Source: the human T2T-CHM13v2.0 reference genome, Homo sapiens. Taken from it: DNA of 64,000 bases. A model generated the notes under the pieces. The model was not told the origin of the DNA. It made no database searches and saw only the letters and a list, made by a program, of their open reading frames with translations. This document shows positions 14,119-31,344 of this stretch, one piece after another (positions within the stretch are counted from its first letter, which is position 1; every line of letters starts with the position of its first letter). Position numbers and translations under genes: made by a program. The stretch is taken from assembly GCF_009914755.1 (NCBI RefSeq), contig NC_060930.1. The stretch is one strand, 5' to 3'.

Positions 14119-16363
14119 TAATTATATTAATGTGTAGATTTGCACATTGATTGATTCCCAAATGTTAAAGCAAATTTGCATTCCTTAAAAAAACTCTACT
14201 TAGTTGTGATATATTACCTTCTTTGTATATTTCTGGATTTGTTTTACTAATATTTTGTTAAGGATTTTTGTGTCTATATTTATGAGGGATATTGGTCTAC
14301 AATTTTATTTTTAAAAATTTCTTTGTCTGGTTTTCATATCAGGCTATTGCTGGCCTCATAAAATATGTTGAGAAGTATTCTATTTTACTATGTTTTCTAA
14401 AAAAGTTTGTGTAGAATTTGTGAATGTTTGATGAAATTTATTGGTAAAGTCAATGGTCTGGATTTATTTGTGTGTGTTTGAAAAGGCTTACTTACAAATT
14501 AAAGTTTTTGAGAAAATATAGTGTTATTTAGATTTTGTTTCTTCTCAAGTCAGTTTGGTAATTTGTGTTTTTCAATGTATTTGTTCATTTCATATAAGTT
14601 GTTAAATTTTTTGTCATGAAGTTGTTTTCCCCGCTTCTTTATTTTCCTTTATCTGTAAGATCTATAGTTATGTCTCCATTTTCTTTTCTGTTATTAATAA
14701 TTTGTGACTTCTCTCCCTTTTCTTTGACCAATCTAGTAAGGATTTATCAATTTTATTAGTATTCTCTGAGAATCATCATATGATATTTTGATTTTAAAAC
14801 ATTGTCTATTTGCTATTTAATTTTTTTTTCTTTAACTTTTATTTTAGATTCAGGGTTAGACATGCAGGTTTGTTATACAAGTAAACTCGTGTCATGGGCG
14901 TTTGTTGTACAGATTATTTCATCACCCATGTACTAAATCTAGTACCCAATAGTTGTTTTTTTCTGTTCTTCTCCCTCCTCTCACCTTCCACCCTCAAGTA
15001 GGCCCCAGTGACTATTGTTTCTGTCTTTGTGTTCATGTGTTCTCATCATTTAGCTCCCACTTATAAGTGAGAACACGTGGTATTTGGGTTTTTTTTTTCA
15101 TGCATTAGTTTGCTAAGAATGATGGCCTCCAGCTTCATCCATACTCCTGCAAAGGACATAAATTTATTCTTTTTTATGGCTGTGTAGTATTCCACAGTTT
15201 ATATGTACCATATTTTCTTTATCTAGTCTACCATTGATTGGCATTTAGATTGAGTCTACATCTTTGCTATTGTGAAGAGTGATGCAATGAATACATGCAT
15301 GCGTGTGTCTTTGTGGCAGAATGATTCATATTTCTTTGGGTACATACCCAGTTATAGGATTGCTGAGTTGAATGCTATTTCTGTTTTTAGCTCTTTGAGG
15401 AATTGCCACACTGCTTTCCACAATGGTTGAACTAATTTACACTCCCGTCAACAGTAGGTAAGCATTCTTTTTTTTTCCATAGCCTTTCCACCACCTGTTT
15501 GTTTTTTTTTAATAATAGTCATTCTGACTGGTGTGAGATGACATTTCATTGTGGTTTTGATGTACATTTCTCTAATTATCAGTGATATTGAGCCTTTTTT
15601 CATATGCTTATTGGCCATGTATATGTTTACTTTTGAAAAGTGCCCGTTCATGTCCTTTGTCCACTTTTTAGTGAGGTTGCTTTTTTTCTTGTAAATTCAT
15701 TTAAGTTCCTTATAGATGCTGGATATTAGACTTTTGTCAGATGCATAGTCTGCAAATATTTTCTCCCATTCTGTAGGTTTTCTGTTTACTCTGTTTATAG
15801 TTTCTTTTGCTATGCAGAAGCTCCTAATTTGAATTAGATCCCATTTATCAATTTTTGCTTTTGTTGCGATTGCTTTTGGTGTTTTTGTCCTGAAATCTTT
15901 CCTAGTTCCTATGTCCAAAATAGTATTGCCTAGGTTGTCTTCCAGGGATTTCATAATTTTTAATATTATCCTTAATCCGTCTTTAGTTGATGTTTGTATA
16001 TGGTATAAGGAAGGGTTCTAGTTTCCATTGTCTGCGTATAGCTAGCCAGTTTTCCCAGCACCACTTATGAAATAGGAAGTCCTTTACTCGCTGCTTGTTT
16101 TTGTCATCTTTGTGGAAGACCAGATGGTCGTAGGAGTGCAGCCTTATTTCTGGGCTCTCTATTCTGTTCCATTGGTCTATGTGTCTGTTTTTGTACCAGT
16201 ACCACACTGATTTGGTTACTGTACCCTGTAATATAGTTTGAAGTCAGGTAATGTGATGCCGCCAGGTTTATTCCTCTTGCTTAGGATTGCCTTATTTATT
16301 AGAGCCCTTTTTTTGTTTCACATGAATTTGAAAATAGTTTTTCTAGATCTGTGAAGAACGTCA

Positions 16364-16710
<347 letters not shown>

Positions 16711-16815
16711 TTAGGAAGTATGGCCATTTAAACAATTTTAACAATATTGATTCTTTCTATCCACGAGCATGGAATGCTTTTCCATTTGTGTCTTCCCTGA
16801 TTAATTTGAGCAAAG

Positions 16816-19212
<2,397 letters not shown>

Positions 19213-19459
19213 TTATAGTTCTCATTGTCAAGATCTTTCACCTCCATGATTAGCTGTATTCCTAGGTACTTTATTCTTTTCATGGCAGTTGTGAATGGGA
19301 CTGCATTCCTAATTTGGCTCTTGGGCTTGGCTGTTTTTGGTGTGTAGAAATGCTAGCGATTTGGGTATGTTGATTTTGTATCCTGAAACTTTGCTGAGGT
19401 TGTTCATTAGCTCAAGGAGCTTTTCAGCTGAGACTATGGGTTTTCTAGATATAAAATCA

Positions 19460-19618
<159 letters not shown>

Positions 19619-21442
19619 TTATTCTAGCTTTTGCCCATTTAGTATAATGTTGGCTCTGCAATAGATAACTCTTCTTATTTTGAGTTATGTTCCATCAATA
19701 TCTAGTTTATTGAGAGTTTTTAACATGAAAGGATGTTGAATTTTATCAAAAGCATTTCTGCATCTATTGAGATAATTATGTGATATTTGTCTTTAGTTCT
19801 GTTTATGTGATGAATCACACTTATTGATTTGCTCATGTTGAACCAACCTTGCATCTAAGGGATAAAGCCTACTTGATCATGGCGGATTAGCTTGTTGAGG
19901 TGCTGCTGGATTTGGTTTGCAAATATTTTGGTGAAGATTTATGCATAAATGTTCATCAACGATATTGGACCAAAGTTTTCTTTTTTTGTTGTGTTTCTGC
20001 CAAGTTTTGATATCAGGATGATGCTGGCCTCATAGAATAAGTTGGGGAGGAGTCCTTCCACCTCAATTTTTGTAATAGTTTCAGCAGGAATTGTACCAAC
20101 TCTTCTTTGTACGTCTGGAAGAATTCAGCTGTGAATGCATCTGGTCCTCGACTTTTTTTTTTTTTTTTTGATTGGGAGGATATTTATTACTGATTCAATT
20201 TCAGGGTTCATTACTGGTATGTTCAGGAAATCAATTCTGCCTCATTCAGTCTTGGAAGGGTGTATGTGCCCAGAAATTTATCCATCTCTTCCAGGTTTTC
20301 TAGTTTGTGTGCATAGAGCTGTTCATAGAAGTCTCTGATGGTTATTTGTATTTCTGTAGGGTCAGTGAGAACATCTCCTTAGTCATTTCTTCTTGCAGTT
20401 ATTTGGATCTTCTCTCTTTTCTTCTTTGTTAATGTAGCTAGTGGCCTATCTATCTTATTAATGTTTTCAAAAAACAAACTGCTAAATTTGTTGATCTTTT
20501 CAGTGGTTTCTTCATGTCCCAATCTCCCTCAGTTCTGATTTTGGTTATTTCTTGTCTTCTGCAAGTTTTGGAGTTGGATTGCTCTTGCTTCTTTAATTTT
20601 TCTAGTTGTGATGTTAGGTTGTTAATTTGAAATATTTCTAACTTTTTGATGTGGGCATTTAGTGCTACAAATTTTCCTCCTTACCACTGCTTTAGCTGTA
20701 TCCCAGAGATTCTGGTATACTGTATCTTTGTTCTTATTAGTTGCAAAAAACTTTTTGATTCCTACCTTAATTTCATTATTTAACCAAAAGTCATTCAGAA
20801 GGAGGTTCTTTAATTTTCATGTAATTGCATGGTTTTGAGCAACTTTTTTTAGTCTTAATTTCTATTTCTATTGTGCTGTGGCCTGAGAGTGTGTTTTATA
20901 TGATTTCAGTTATTTTGCGTTTGCTAAGGATTGTTTTATATCCGATTATGTGGTTGATTTTAGAGTATGTGCCATGCAGCAATAAGAAGAATGTATATAT
21001 TCTTTTGTATTTGAGTGGAGAATTCTGTGGAGGCCTATCAGATCCATTTGGTTCAATGTTGAGTTCAGGTGCTGAACAACTTTGTTAATTTTCCACCTCA
21101 GTGGTCTATCTAGTACTGTCAATGGAATGTTGAAGTCTTCCACTATTATTGTGTGGGAGTCTAAGTCTTTTTGTAAGTATCTAAGAACTTGTTTTATGAA
21201 TCTGGATGCTTCCGTGTTGGTTGTGTATATATTTAGGATAGTTAGCTCTTCTTGTTGCATTGAACCTTTTATCATTATGTAATGCCCTTTTTTGTCGTTT
21301 TTGATTTTTGTTGATTTAAAGTTTGTTTTGTCTGAAATTAGGCAGCAACCCCTGCTTTTGTTTCTGATTTCCATTTGCTTGGTACCTCCATTCCTTTATT
21401 TTGAACCTATCGGTGTCATTGTGTGTGAGATTTGTCTCTTAA

Positions 21443-21795
<353 letters not shown>

Positions 21796-23377
21796 TACTC
21801 TGTGCCTTTTAAATGGGGCATTTAGCCCACTTACATTCAAGGTTAGTATTGATATGTGTGGATTTTTTCCTGTCATTGTGTTGTTAGCTGGTTACTATGC
21901 TGGCTTGTTTGTGTGGTTGCTTTACACTGACCTGTGTACTTAAGTGTGTTTTTGCATTGGCTTGTAAGTCTTTCTACATTTAGTGCCCCTTTTGAGATCT
22001 CTTGTATGGCAGGTGTTGTTGTAATTAACTCTCTCAGCATTTGCTTATCTGAAAAATTTCTTATTTCTACTTCTCTGAAGAAGTTCAGTTTGGCTAGATA
22101 TGAAATTCTTGGTTGAAGATTTTTTCTTTAAGATTGTTGAATATAGGCCCCCAATCTCTTCTGGCTTGTAGGGTTTCTGCTGAGAGGTCCAACATTAACC
22201 TGATGGGGTTTCCTTTGTTGGGAACTTGACCTTTCTCTCTAGCTGGCTTTAACATTCTTTCTTCCATTTCAGCTTTGGAAAATCTGAGTATTATGTATCT
22301 TGAGGGTGGCCTTCTTGTGTAGAATCTTGCAGGGGTTTCCTGAATTTGACTATTGGCCTCTCTACTGATGCTGGAGAAGTTTTCATGGATGATATCCTGA
22401 GATATGTTTTCCAAGTTGTTTACTTTCTCCCTGTCCCTTTCAGGGATGGCAATGATTCAAAGATTTGGCTTCTTCATATAATTGCATACTTCTTGGAAGT
22501 TTTGTTCATTCCTTTTAAATCTTCTTTGCTGTTTTTCTGACTATTTCAGAAAGCCAGTCTTCAAGTTCTGAGAATTTTTCCTAAGTTTAATCTACTCTCC
22601 TGTTCATACTTGCAATTGCTTTGTAAAATCCTTGTAGTTTGTTTTTCAGCTCTATTAGATCAATTAGGTTATTTTGTATACTGGCCATTTTGTCTGTTAG
22701 CTCCCATATAATTTTATTGTGATTCTTGGTTTCCTTAGATTGGGTTTTCCCATTCTCCTAAATCTTGATAATCTTTGTCCCTGTCCATATTCTAAATTCT
22801 ATTTCTTTCATTTCAGCCAACTCAGCCTGGTTAAGAAACCTTGTTGTAGAACTAGTGCAGTCATTTAGATACATAAGACAGTGTGGCCATTTGAGTTGCT
22901 AGAGTTATATTGATTCTTTCTCATCTCTGTTTGTAAGTGTTCCTTTAACTGTTGGGCTGCCTCTGATTGAAGTGGTCAGTAGGGGGCAGGGTGGTTGTGC
23001 TGGAGTCCCAGGTTGGAGAAGTGAGGACTGGGACTGTTGCTCTGGGGTGGGGAGTCTCCCCTAGCTCTGTGTTACTCCCAGTTGGGCAATTGTTCTGCCT
23101 TGCTTTACTCCTTTCTCCATGGGTTAAGTTGTTTTCTTGATGAAGCCCAAATGCAATGCATGTACCTGAGTGTTTAATTTAAAGGTGCTGTATTTACTTG
23201 CCCCTTCTATTTCTCTCTGTGAAAGTGGCACACACTAGGGGCTTCTAGTCAGCCATCTTGGCCACTGCCTCTTAATTTAGTTTCTGATCTTTATTGTTTC
23301 CTTCCTCTTCGTACTTTAGATGTAGTCTTTTTTACAGCTTAGTAAGGTTGAAGTTTAGATAATTTAAGACTATTTAA

Positions 23378-26300
23378 AATTTTTTTGTTTTAATTTTTGT
23401 GGGTACATACTAGGTGTATATAATTTTGTGGTACATGAGATGTTTTGTACAGGCAAGCAATGCATAATAATCACATCATGTAAAATGAGGTATCCATTTC
23501 CTCAGCATTTTTTGTTACAAAAAGTCCATTCATACTCTTTTAGTTATTTTACAATGTAAGATTAAATTATTATAGACTATAGTCACCCTGTTGCGCTATT
23601 AAATACTAGGTCTTATTCATTCTTTCTATTTTTTTGGTATCCATTAACAATCCCCACTTTCTCCCCACTCTCCTACTATCCTTTCCACCTTCTGGTAACC
23701 ATTATTCTACTCTCTATGTCCCTGAGTTCAGTTGTTTTGATTTTTAGGACCCAGAAATAAGAGAAAACATGCAATGTTTGTCTTTCTGTGCCTGGCTTAT
23801 TTCACTTAACATAATGACCTCCAGTTTCTTCCATGTTGTTGCATTTGACAGAATCTTATCCTTTTTTATGGCTGACTAGGACTCCATTGCGTATAAGTAC
23901 CGCATTTTCTTTAACCATTCATGTGTTGTGTACACTTAGATTGTTTCCAAACCTTATGTATTGTAAATAGTGCTGCAACAAATATAGAAGTGCAGATATA
24001 TCTTTGATATACTGATTTCCTTTCTTTTGGATATATACCCAGCAGTAGGATTGCTGGATCAGTAGCTCAGTTTTTAGTTTTTTGGGGAAACTCCAAACCG
24101 TGCTCCATGAGGGTTGTACTAATTTATATTCCCACCAGTGTACAAGAGTTTTCTCTTCTCCACATTCTCACCAGCATTTGTTTTTTCCTATCTTTTGGAT
24201 ATAAGCTCTTTTAACTCAGGTGAGATGATATCTCATTGTAGTTTGGTTTGAATTTCCCTGATGATCAATGATAAGAGCACCTTTCCGTATGCCTGTTTGT
24301 CATTTGTCTGTCTCCTTTTGAGCAACGTCTATTCAAATTTTTAGTTCATCTTTTGATTGGATTATTCAATTTGTCCTATAGAGTCGTTTGAGCTCCTTAT
24401 ATATTCTGGTTATTATTCCATTGTCGTATGGGTAGTTTGCAAATATTTTCTCCCATTCTGTGAGTTGTCTCTTCACTTTGTTAATTATATCTTTTGCTGT
24501 GCTGAAGCTTTTTAACTTGACGTAATCCCACTTGTCCATTTTTGCTTTGGTTGCTTTTTGCCTAGACCTATGTCCTGGAGAGCTTCCCCAAGGTTTTCTT
24601 GTAGTAGTTTCATTGTTTGAGGTCTCAGATTTAAGTCTTTAATCCATTTTGATTTGATTTTTGTATATGGCAAGATATAGGGGTCTAGTTTCATTCTTCT
24701 GCATATGGATATTCAGTTTTCCCAGCATCACTTATTGAAGAGTATTTTCCCCAGTGTATGTTCATGGCACCTTTGTAAAAAAGGCTTTGGATTTTTTTGT
24801 GGTTGAATCTTGGTAGGTTGCATATGTCCAGGAATTTATCCATTCTTCTAAATCTTTCAACTTATTTGCCTTATAGTTGCTCCTAGTAGCCACTAATGAT
24901 CTACTGAATTTCTGTAGTGTCAGTTGTAATGTGTCCTTTTTCTTCTTTGATATTCTCTCTTTTTCTCTTAGTCTGGCTAAAGGTTTTTCAATTTTATTTA
25001 ACTTTTCAAAAAACCAACTTTTTGTTTCATTGATGTTTTATATTTCTTTCTTCATTTCAATTTCATTTATTTTTGCTCTGATCTATATTATTTCTTTTCT
25101 TCTACTAATTTTGGGGTTGGTTTGCTCTTACTTTTCTAGTTCTTAAAGATGCATCGTTTGGTTGTATATTTGAAATTTTTATTCTCTTCTGATGTAGATG
25201 CTTATAGCTACAAACTTTCTTATTAGTACTGCTTTTGCTGTATCTCATAGGTTTTGATATTTTGTGTCATCATTATCATTTGTTTTAAGAAAAATTTTAA
25301 TTTTCTTAATTTCTTTGTTAACTCACTGGTCATTCAGGAGTATATTGTTTAATTTCCATATATTTGTATAGCTTCCAAAATTGGTCTTATTATTGATTTC
25401 TAGTTTTACTACATTGTCATCAGGGCAGATGCTTGATTTAATTTCAATTATTTTTTAATGTTTTAAGACTTTTTTTGTGACCTAACATATGGTCTGTCCT
25501 TGAGAATAATACAAGTGCTGAGAAAACGAACGTGTATTGTGCAGCCTTTGGATGAAATGTTCTGTAAATATCTATTAGTTCCCTTTGGTCTATAGTGCAG
25601 ATTAAGTCCAATATTATGTGGTTTTCTGTCTGGAAGATCTGTCCAGTTCTGAAAGTGTGCTGCTGAAGTCTTCAGCTATTATTGTACTGGGGTTTATCTC
25701 TCCCTTTAGCTCTAATAATATTTGCTTTATATACCTGGATGCCCCAGTGTTGGGTGAATGTATATTTAAAATCATTAAATGTACAATTTTATATTTGTAT
25801 AAATATAAAATTTATATATTTTATATATTAAAAAAATTAAAACATTTATATATTTTATATATATTTATATATATTATTATATATCTTATATATAGAATAT
25901 ATACATAATATATAAATTTTTATATCCCCCTGCTGAATTGGCCCCTTTATTTTTATATAATGATGCTCTGTCTTCTTACAGTTTTTGTCTTGAAATATAT
26001 TTTATCTGATGTAAGTACAGCTACTCACGCTCTTTTTTGGTTTCCATTGTCATGGAATATCTTTTTCTACCTTTTTGTTTTCAGTCTGTGTGTATATTTA
26101 AAAGTGAAGTGTGTTTCTTGTAGGCAACAGATCATGGGTCTTGTTTTTTCTATCCTTCAACTGCTCTCTGTCTTTTGATTGGAGTTTAGTTCATTTACAT
26201 TCAATATTATTATTGATAAGCAAGAACTTATTCCCGCCATTTTGTTACTTGTTTTCTGGTTGTTTTGTGGTCTTCTATTCCTTCTTTCTTTCCTTCCTGT

Positions 26301-29300
26301 CTTCCTTTTAGTGTGGGTAATTTTCTCTGGTGATATGATTTAGTTTCTTGCTTTTTTATTTTTTGTGTATCTGTTGTGTGTTTTTTGGTTTGAGGTTACC
26401 ATGAAGCTTACAAATACTATCATATAACCCATTATTTTAAGCTGATACAAACTTAACAATGTTGGCATAAACAAAGAAACAAACAAGCAAAAATCAAAAA
26501 GAAAATTAATATTCTACACCTGAACTTCATCTGCCTGCTTTTAAACTTTTTGTTGTTTCTATTTATATCTTATTGTACTGTCTGTGTCTTGAAGAGTTGT
26601 TGTAGTTATTTATCATTTAGTATTATTTAGTCTTTCTTCTTAAAAGCAGTTTATACACCACAGTTATGACATTACAATATTCTGTGTTTTTTTGTACTTA
26701 CTATTACCAGTGAGTTTTGTGCCTTCATGTAATTTCTTATTGCTCGTTAACATCCTTTCTTTTCTGATTGATGTACTTCTTTTAGCACTTCTTGTAGGAC
26801 AGGTCTAGTGTTAATGAAATCCCTCAGCTTTTTTTATTGTCTGTTTTTTGATGTTTGAAGAATATTTTGATCAGATATACTATTCTAGGGTAAAAATCTT
26901 TTTCCTTCGGCACTTTAAATATGTCATGCCACTCTCTCCTTGTCACTAAGGTTTTCATGGAAAAGTCTGCTTCCTAATGTATTGGAACTCCATTGTATGT
27001 TATTTGTTTCTTTTCTCTTGCTGCTTTTAGGATCCTTTCTTTATGCTTGCTCTTTGGGAGTTTGATTATTGAATGCCTTGAGGTGATTTTCTTGGGACTA
27101 ATTCTGCTTGGTGTTCTATAGCCTTCTTGTACTTGGATATTGATATTTTTCTCTGGGATTGGGAAGTTCTTTGTTATAACCCCTTTGAATAAACTTTCTA
27201 TTCAATCTCTTTTTCTACATCCTTTTTTAAGGGCCATAATTTTAGATTTGCCCTTTAGAGACTATTTTCTAGATCTCTAGGAATGCTTCATTATTTTTTA
27301 TTCTTTTTTCTTTTGTCTCATCTAACTGTTATTTTCAAATAGCTTGTCTTGAAGCTCACTAATTCCTTCTTCTGCTTGATCAGTTCTGATATCAAAAGAC
27401 TCCGATGCATTCTTCAGTTTGCTAAATGCATTTTTCAGCTCTAGAATTTCTGCTTGATTCTTTATAGTTATTTCAATCTCTTTTCAAAAATTGTATGGCA
27501 GAATTCTGAACTGCTTTTCTGTGTTGTCTTGAATTTCTTTGCGTTTCCTCAAAGCAGCTCTTTTAAATTCTTTATCTGAAAGGTCATACATCTTCATATC
27601 TCCAGGATTGGTTTCTGGTGACTTATTTAGTTCACTTGGTGAGGTCATGTTTTCTTGGATGTTTTTGATGCTTGTAGATGTTCTTCTGTGTTGGGGCATT
27701 GAAAAGTTAGGTGTTTATTGTAGCCTTTTTCACTCTGGGCTTGTTTGTACCCATCATTCTTGAGAAGGCTTTCCAGATATTCAAAAGGATTTGGATGTTG
27801 TGCAGTAAAGCACTGAGCTGTGTCTGCTTTAGGGGACACCACAAGCCCAGTAATGCTGTGGTTCCTGCAGATTTGTAGAGGTACTGCCTTGATGGCCCTG
27901 GACAAGATCTGGAAGAATTCTCTGGATTACAAGGCAGAGATTCTTGTTGTCTTTATTTACTTTCTCCCAAAGAAACAAATTCTCTCTCTGTGTTCTGAGC
28001 CACCTGGAGCTGAAAGAGTGACACAAGCATGGCTGTGGCTACAACTACTAGGACCGTGCTGGGCCAGAACTGAAGCCGACACACCACTGTGTCTAACCCA
28101 AGGCCTGCTTTAACCACTCCCTGGCTACTGCCTATGTTCGCTCAAGGCTCTGGGGGGTCTACAAGAAGCAGGTGGCAAAGCCAGCCAGGCCTGTGTCCTT
28201 CCTTTCAGGTGGTGAGTTACTCAGGCCCTAGGCAGGTCCAATAGTGCTGCCCAGGAGCCAGGGACTACAGTAAAAAACCTTGGCAGTTAGTCTGGTGTTC
28301 CAAAGGCAGAAGAACCTCACCCCAAGGTTACCACCACCACAGACTCACAGGGAGTACTGCCAGGCTACCGTCAATGTTCTCTTAAGGTCCAAAGGCTCTT
28401 TAGTTAGCTTGTGGTGAATGCTGACTTGTCTGGGACTCACGCTTTAGAGCAGTGGCCCCCACTCTGGCCTAAGAAAGGCCCAGAAATGCCATCCAAGAGC
28501 CAAGTCCTGGAATCAGGGACCCCAATATCTCACTTTGTACTCTATCCCACTGTGGCTGAGCTGGTACCAAAGGTGCAAGACAGAGCCCCCTTTACTTTTC
28601 CCTCTTCTTTTCTCAAGCAGAAGGAGTCTCACTCCACAGCCATCGAGCCATCACAACTGGGAATGTGCTGCATCTCACTTGAAACCAGCAAGTCTCAGAG
28701 CCTCACCCAAGGTCTTCAATGTAACCTAGGTATTACTGCTGGTTATTCAGGGCCCAAGGGCTCTTCAGTTAGCAAGTGATGAATCCTGCCAGGACTGGGT
28801 TCTTCCTTCATAGCAGCAGGTTCCCTTCTGGTCCAGGGTGTGTCTAGATATGTCCGGGAGCTAGGGCCTGGAAAAGAGGTCTTGCACCTCTAACAAGTGC
28901 CCTAACATGCTGTGGCTGAGCTGGTATCCAAGATGCAAGAGAAAGTCCTCCACACTCTTCCTTCTCCTCTCCTCAAGCAGAGGAAACAGATCTCTTCTGG
29001 ATCCACAAGCTGTGCAACCTGGGGTTGGGGTAGGGGAGATGCCAGCATTTCCTGAGCTACTCCAGCTGATGTCTCAGTAGGTCCTGTGGCCCCCTAGTCC
29101 ACAGTCTTTGGGCCTACTTCAGCACTATGACTTGCCTAGGAGTTGCAGTCCTTATGGTCAAGACTCCCTTTCAAGTTTATCTATGGCTCCAGAGCACTTT
29201 AGCCCACGGTGGTGAGGCATGCAGGAACTCAAGTTCAGACTGCTGGGATCCTCAACTCCCCTCTGGCTAGAGCTGGCTTAAATGCTCCCTCCATGGGCAA

Positions 29301-29665
29301 CTGTCAGCTGAGTTTGGTCTGGTTTTGTTTTCTGCTATAATAGGGCACCACTGAGCTGAGTTCAATGCCTCACAATTGCTGCAGTCTCTCTCCCTCCCTG
29401 GTGCACAGGAACACTCTCTACACCATGCCACTGCTGCCAGGGGATGGGGAAGGAGTGGAGTTGGCAATTCAAGACTGTTTTTTCTCCCTCTTCAATGCCT
29501 CTTTCAGCAATATGAAATTAAAACCAGTATTGTGAGTCCTCATCTGGTTTTTGACTTTCATGAAGGTGTGTGTGTGTGTGTGTGTAGATATTAAATTGAT
29601 GTCCTTGCAGGGTGGGGGGAACCATTGGTGAAGCCTTCTATTCCGCTATCTTGTTCTAGCCCTCC
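23378..29665 (-). mobile_element. L1MA1-3-like element with both ends and an internal ORF2 deletion near 24785
   Basis: 3' end 'aatttttgtgggtacatac'; ORF1-like 27484-27699; long repetitive 5'UTR at about 27.8-29.6 kb; 5' end 'ccgctatcttg'. Confidence 0.82.
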
Positions 29666-29705
29666 AACTTTTTCTTTTATAATAAAGTGTTTAAAACTGT
29701 AAATA

Positions 29706-29764
29706 CTAGGTTGGTGCCATTAAAAGTAATGGCAAAATCCCCAACTGCTTTTGCACTAACCTAA
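29706..29764. mobile_element. MADE1 (Hsmar1-derived MITE), left arm partly deleted, TA TSD
   Basis: ta|ctaggttggtgc...aatggcaaaa...cttttgcactaacctaa|ta. Confidence 0.85.
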
Positions 29765-30445
29765 TATTTCTCTAAACACTTTTTTAGCTGCATCTCAGAT
29801 GCTGTGATATGTGACCTTTTCATTAATATGCAGTTCAAAATATTTTCCTTTTTGTTTGCTTCTTCTTTTACCTTGGGGTTATTTAGAAAAGCATTGTTTG
29901 ATTTCCAAGTATTTGAGGCAACCACTGATAAGTTATATTATTGATTTCTAGTTTAATTCCCTTGTGGACAGAAAATATACTCTGTATCATGTCTATTATT
30001 TTAAACGTGTTGAGACTTGTTTTATGGCTTAGAATATAGTATATCTTAATTAATGATCCATGAATACTTGAAAATACTGTATATTCTACTTTTGTTGGTT
30101 GTAATAGTCTCTAAATGTCAATGAAGTCAAGTTGGTTAATAGTATTGTTCAAGTTTTCTTTATCTTCACTGATTATTTATCTACTTCTATCAATTAATAA
30201 AAGAAGTGTGTTGAAATGTCCAAATATAATTGTGAATTTGTCTACTTCTTCCTTCAGTTCTATCCATTTCTGCATCATGCGTTTTGAGTGAATGTATTAA
30301 ATGCATACATATTTAATTAAGCATATTGTTTCCTTGATAAACTTACTCTTTCATCATTATGAATTATTCATCTCTTAATATCTGATAACAGATAACATTT
30401 TTCTTTCTATTTATCTTATATTAACATAGCCACTACAGCCTTCTT

Positions 30446-30795
<350 letters not shown>

Positions 30796-31344
30796 TAAAA
30801 TTTTTACTATTTCCTTGTCTTTATATAAATATGCAAGTTCTGTGAATAGCACATAATTGAGCCTTTCTTTTTATACATTCTGAAAACCTCTGTCTTTTAA
30901 TGGGAGAATTTAGTCCATTTATATTTTTGTATCACTGGATATAAGACTACTACCTTGCTCTTCGTTCTTTTTCTTCCCCATCTCAAATTAGGGTTTTAAC
31001 AAATTTGGGCTATTAATTTTAGCATTCAGGCTTAATTTATCAGTCTACTTTCAAATAATATTATACCACTTCACATATGATATGAGATTATTATAACATT
31101 GTACTTTTGTGTTCTTTCTTTTCAACCTTTACACTAGTGTTGCTATACATTTTTATTTTACATATGTTATAAACTCTATAATTCTGCACAGTTATTTTTT
31201 TGCTTTAATCAATTATGTTTAAATAAATTAGGAAATGAGAAAATAGTCTATAATTGCTCACTTGTGATACTCTTAATTCTTTCATGTACATTCAAGTTTC
31301 TATCTGTATCATTTCTCTTCAGCTTAAAAAAACTTTTAATTTGT

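Noticed and set aside
28150-29000. Repeated blocks such as 'tgtggctgagctggta' as a new duplication
   Set aside because: Consistent with the internally repetitive 5'UTR of old L1M/L1MA elements.
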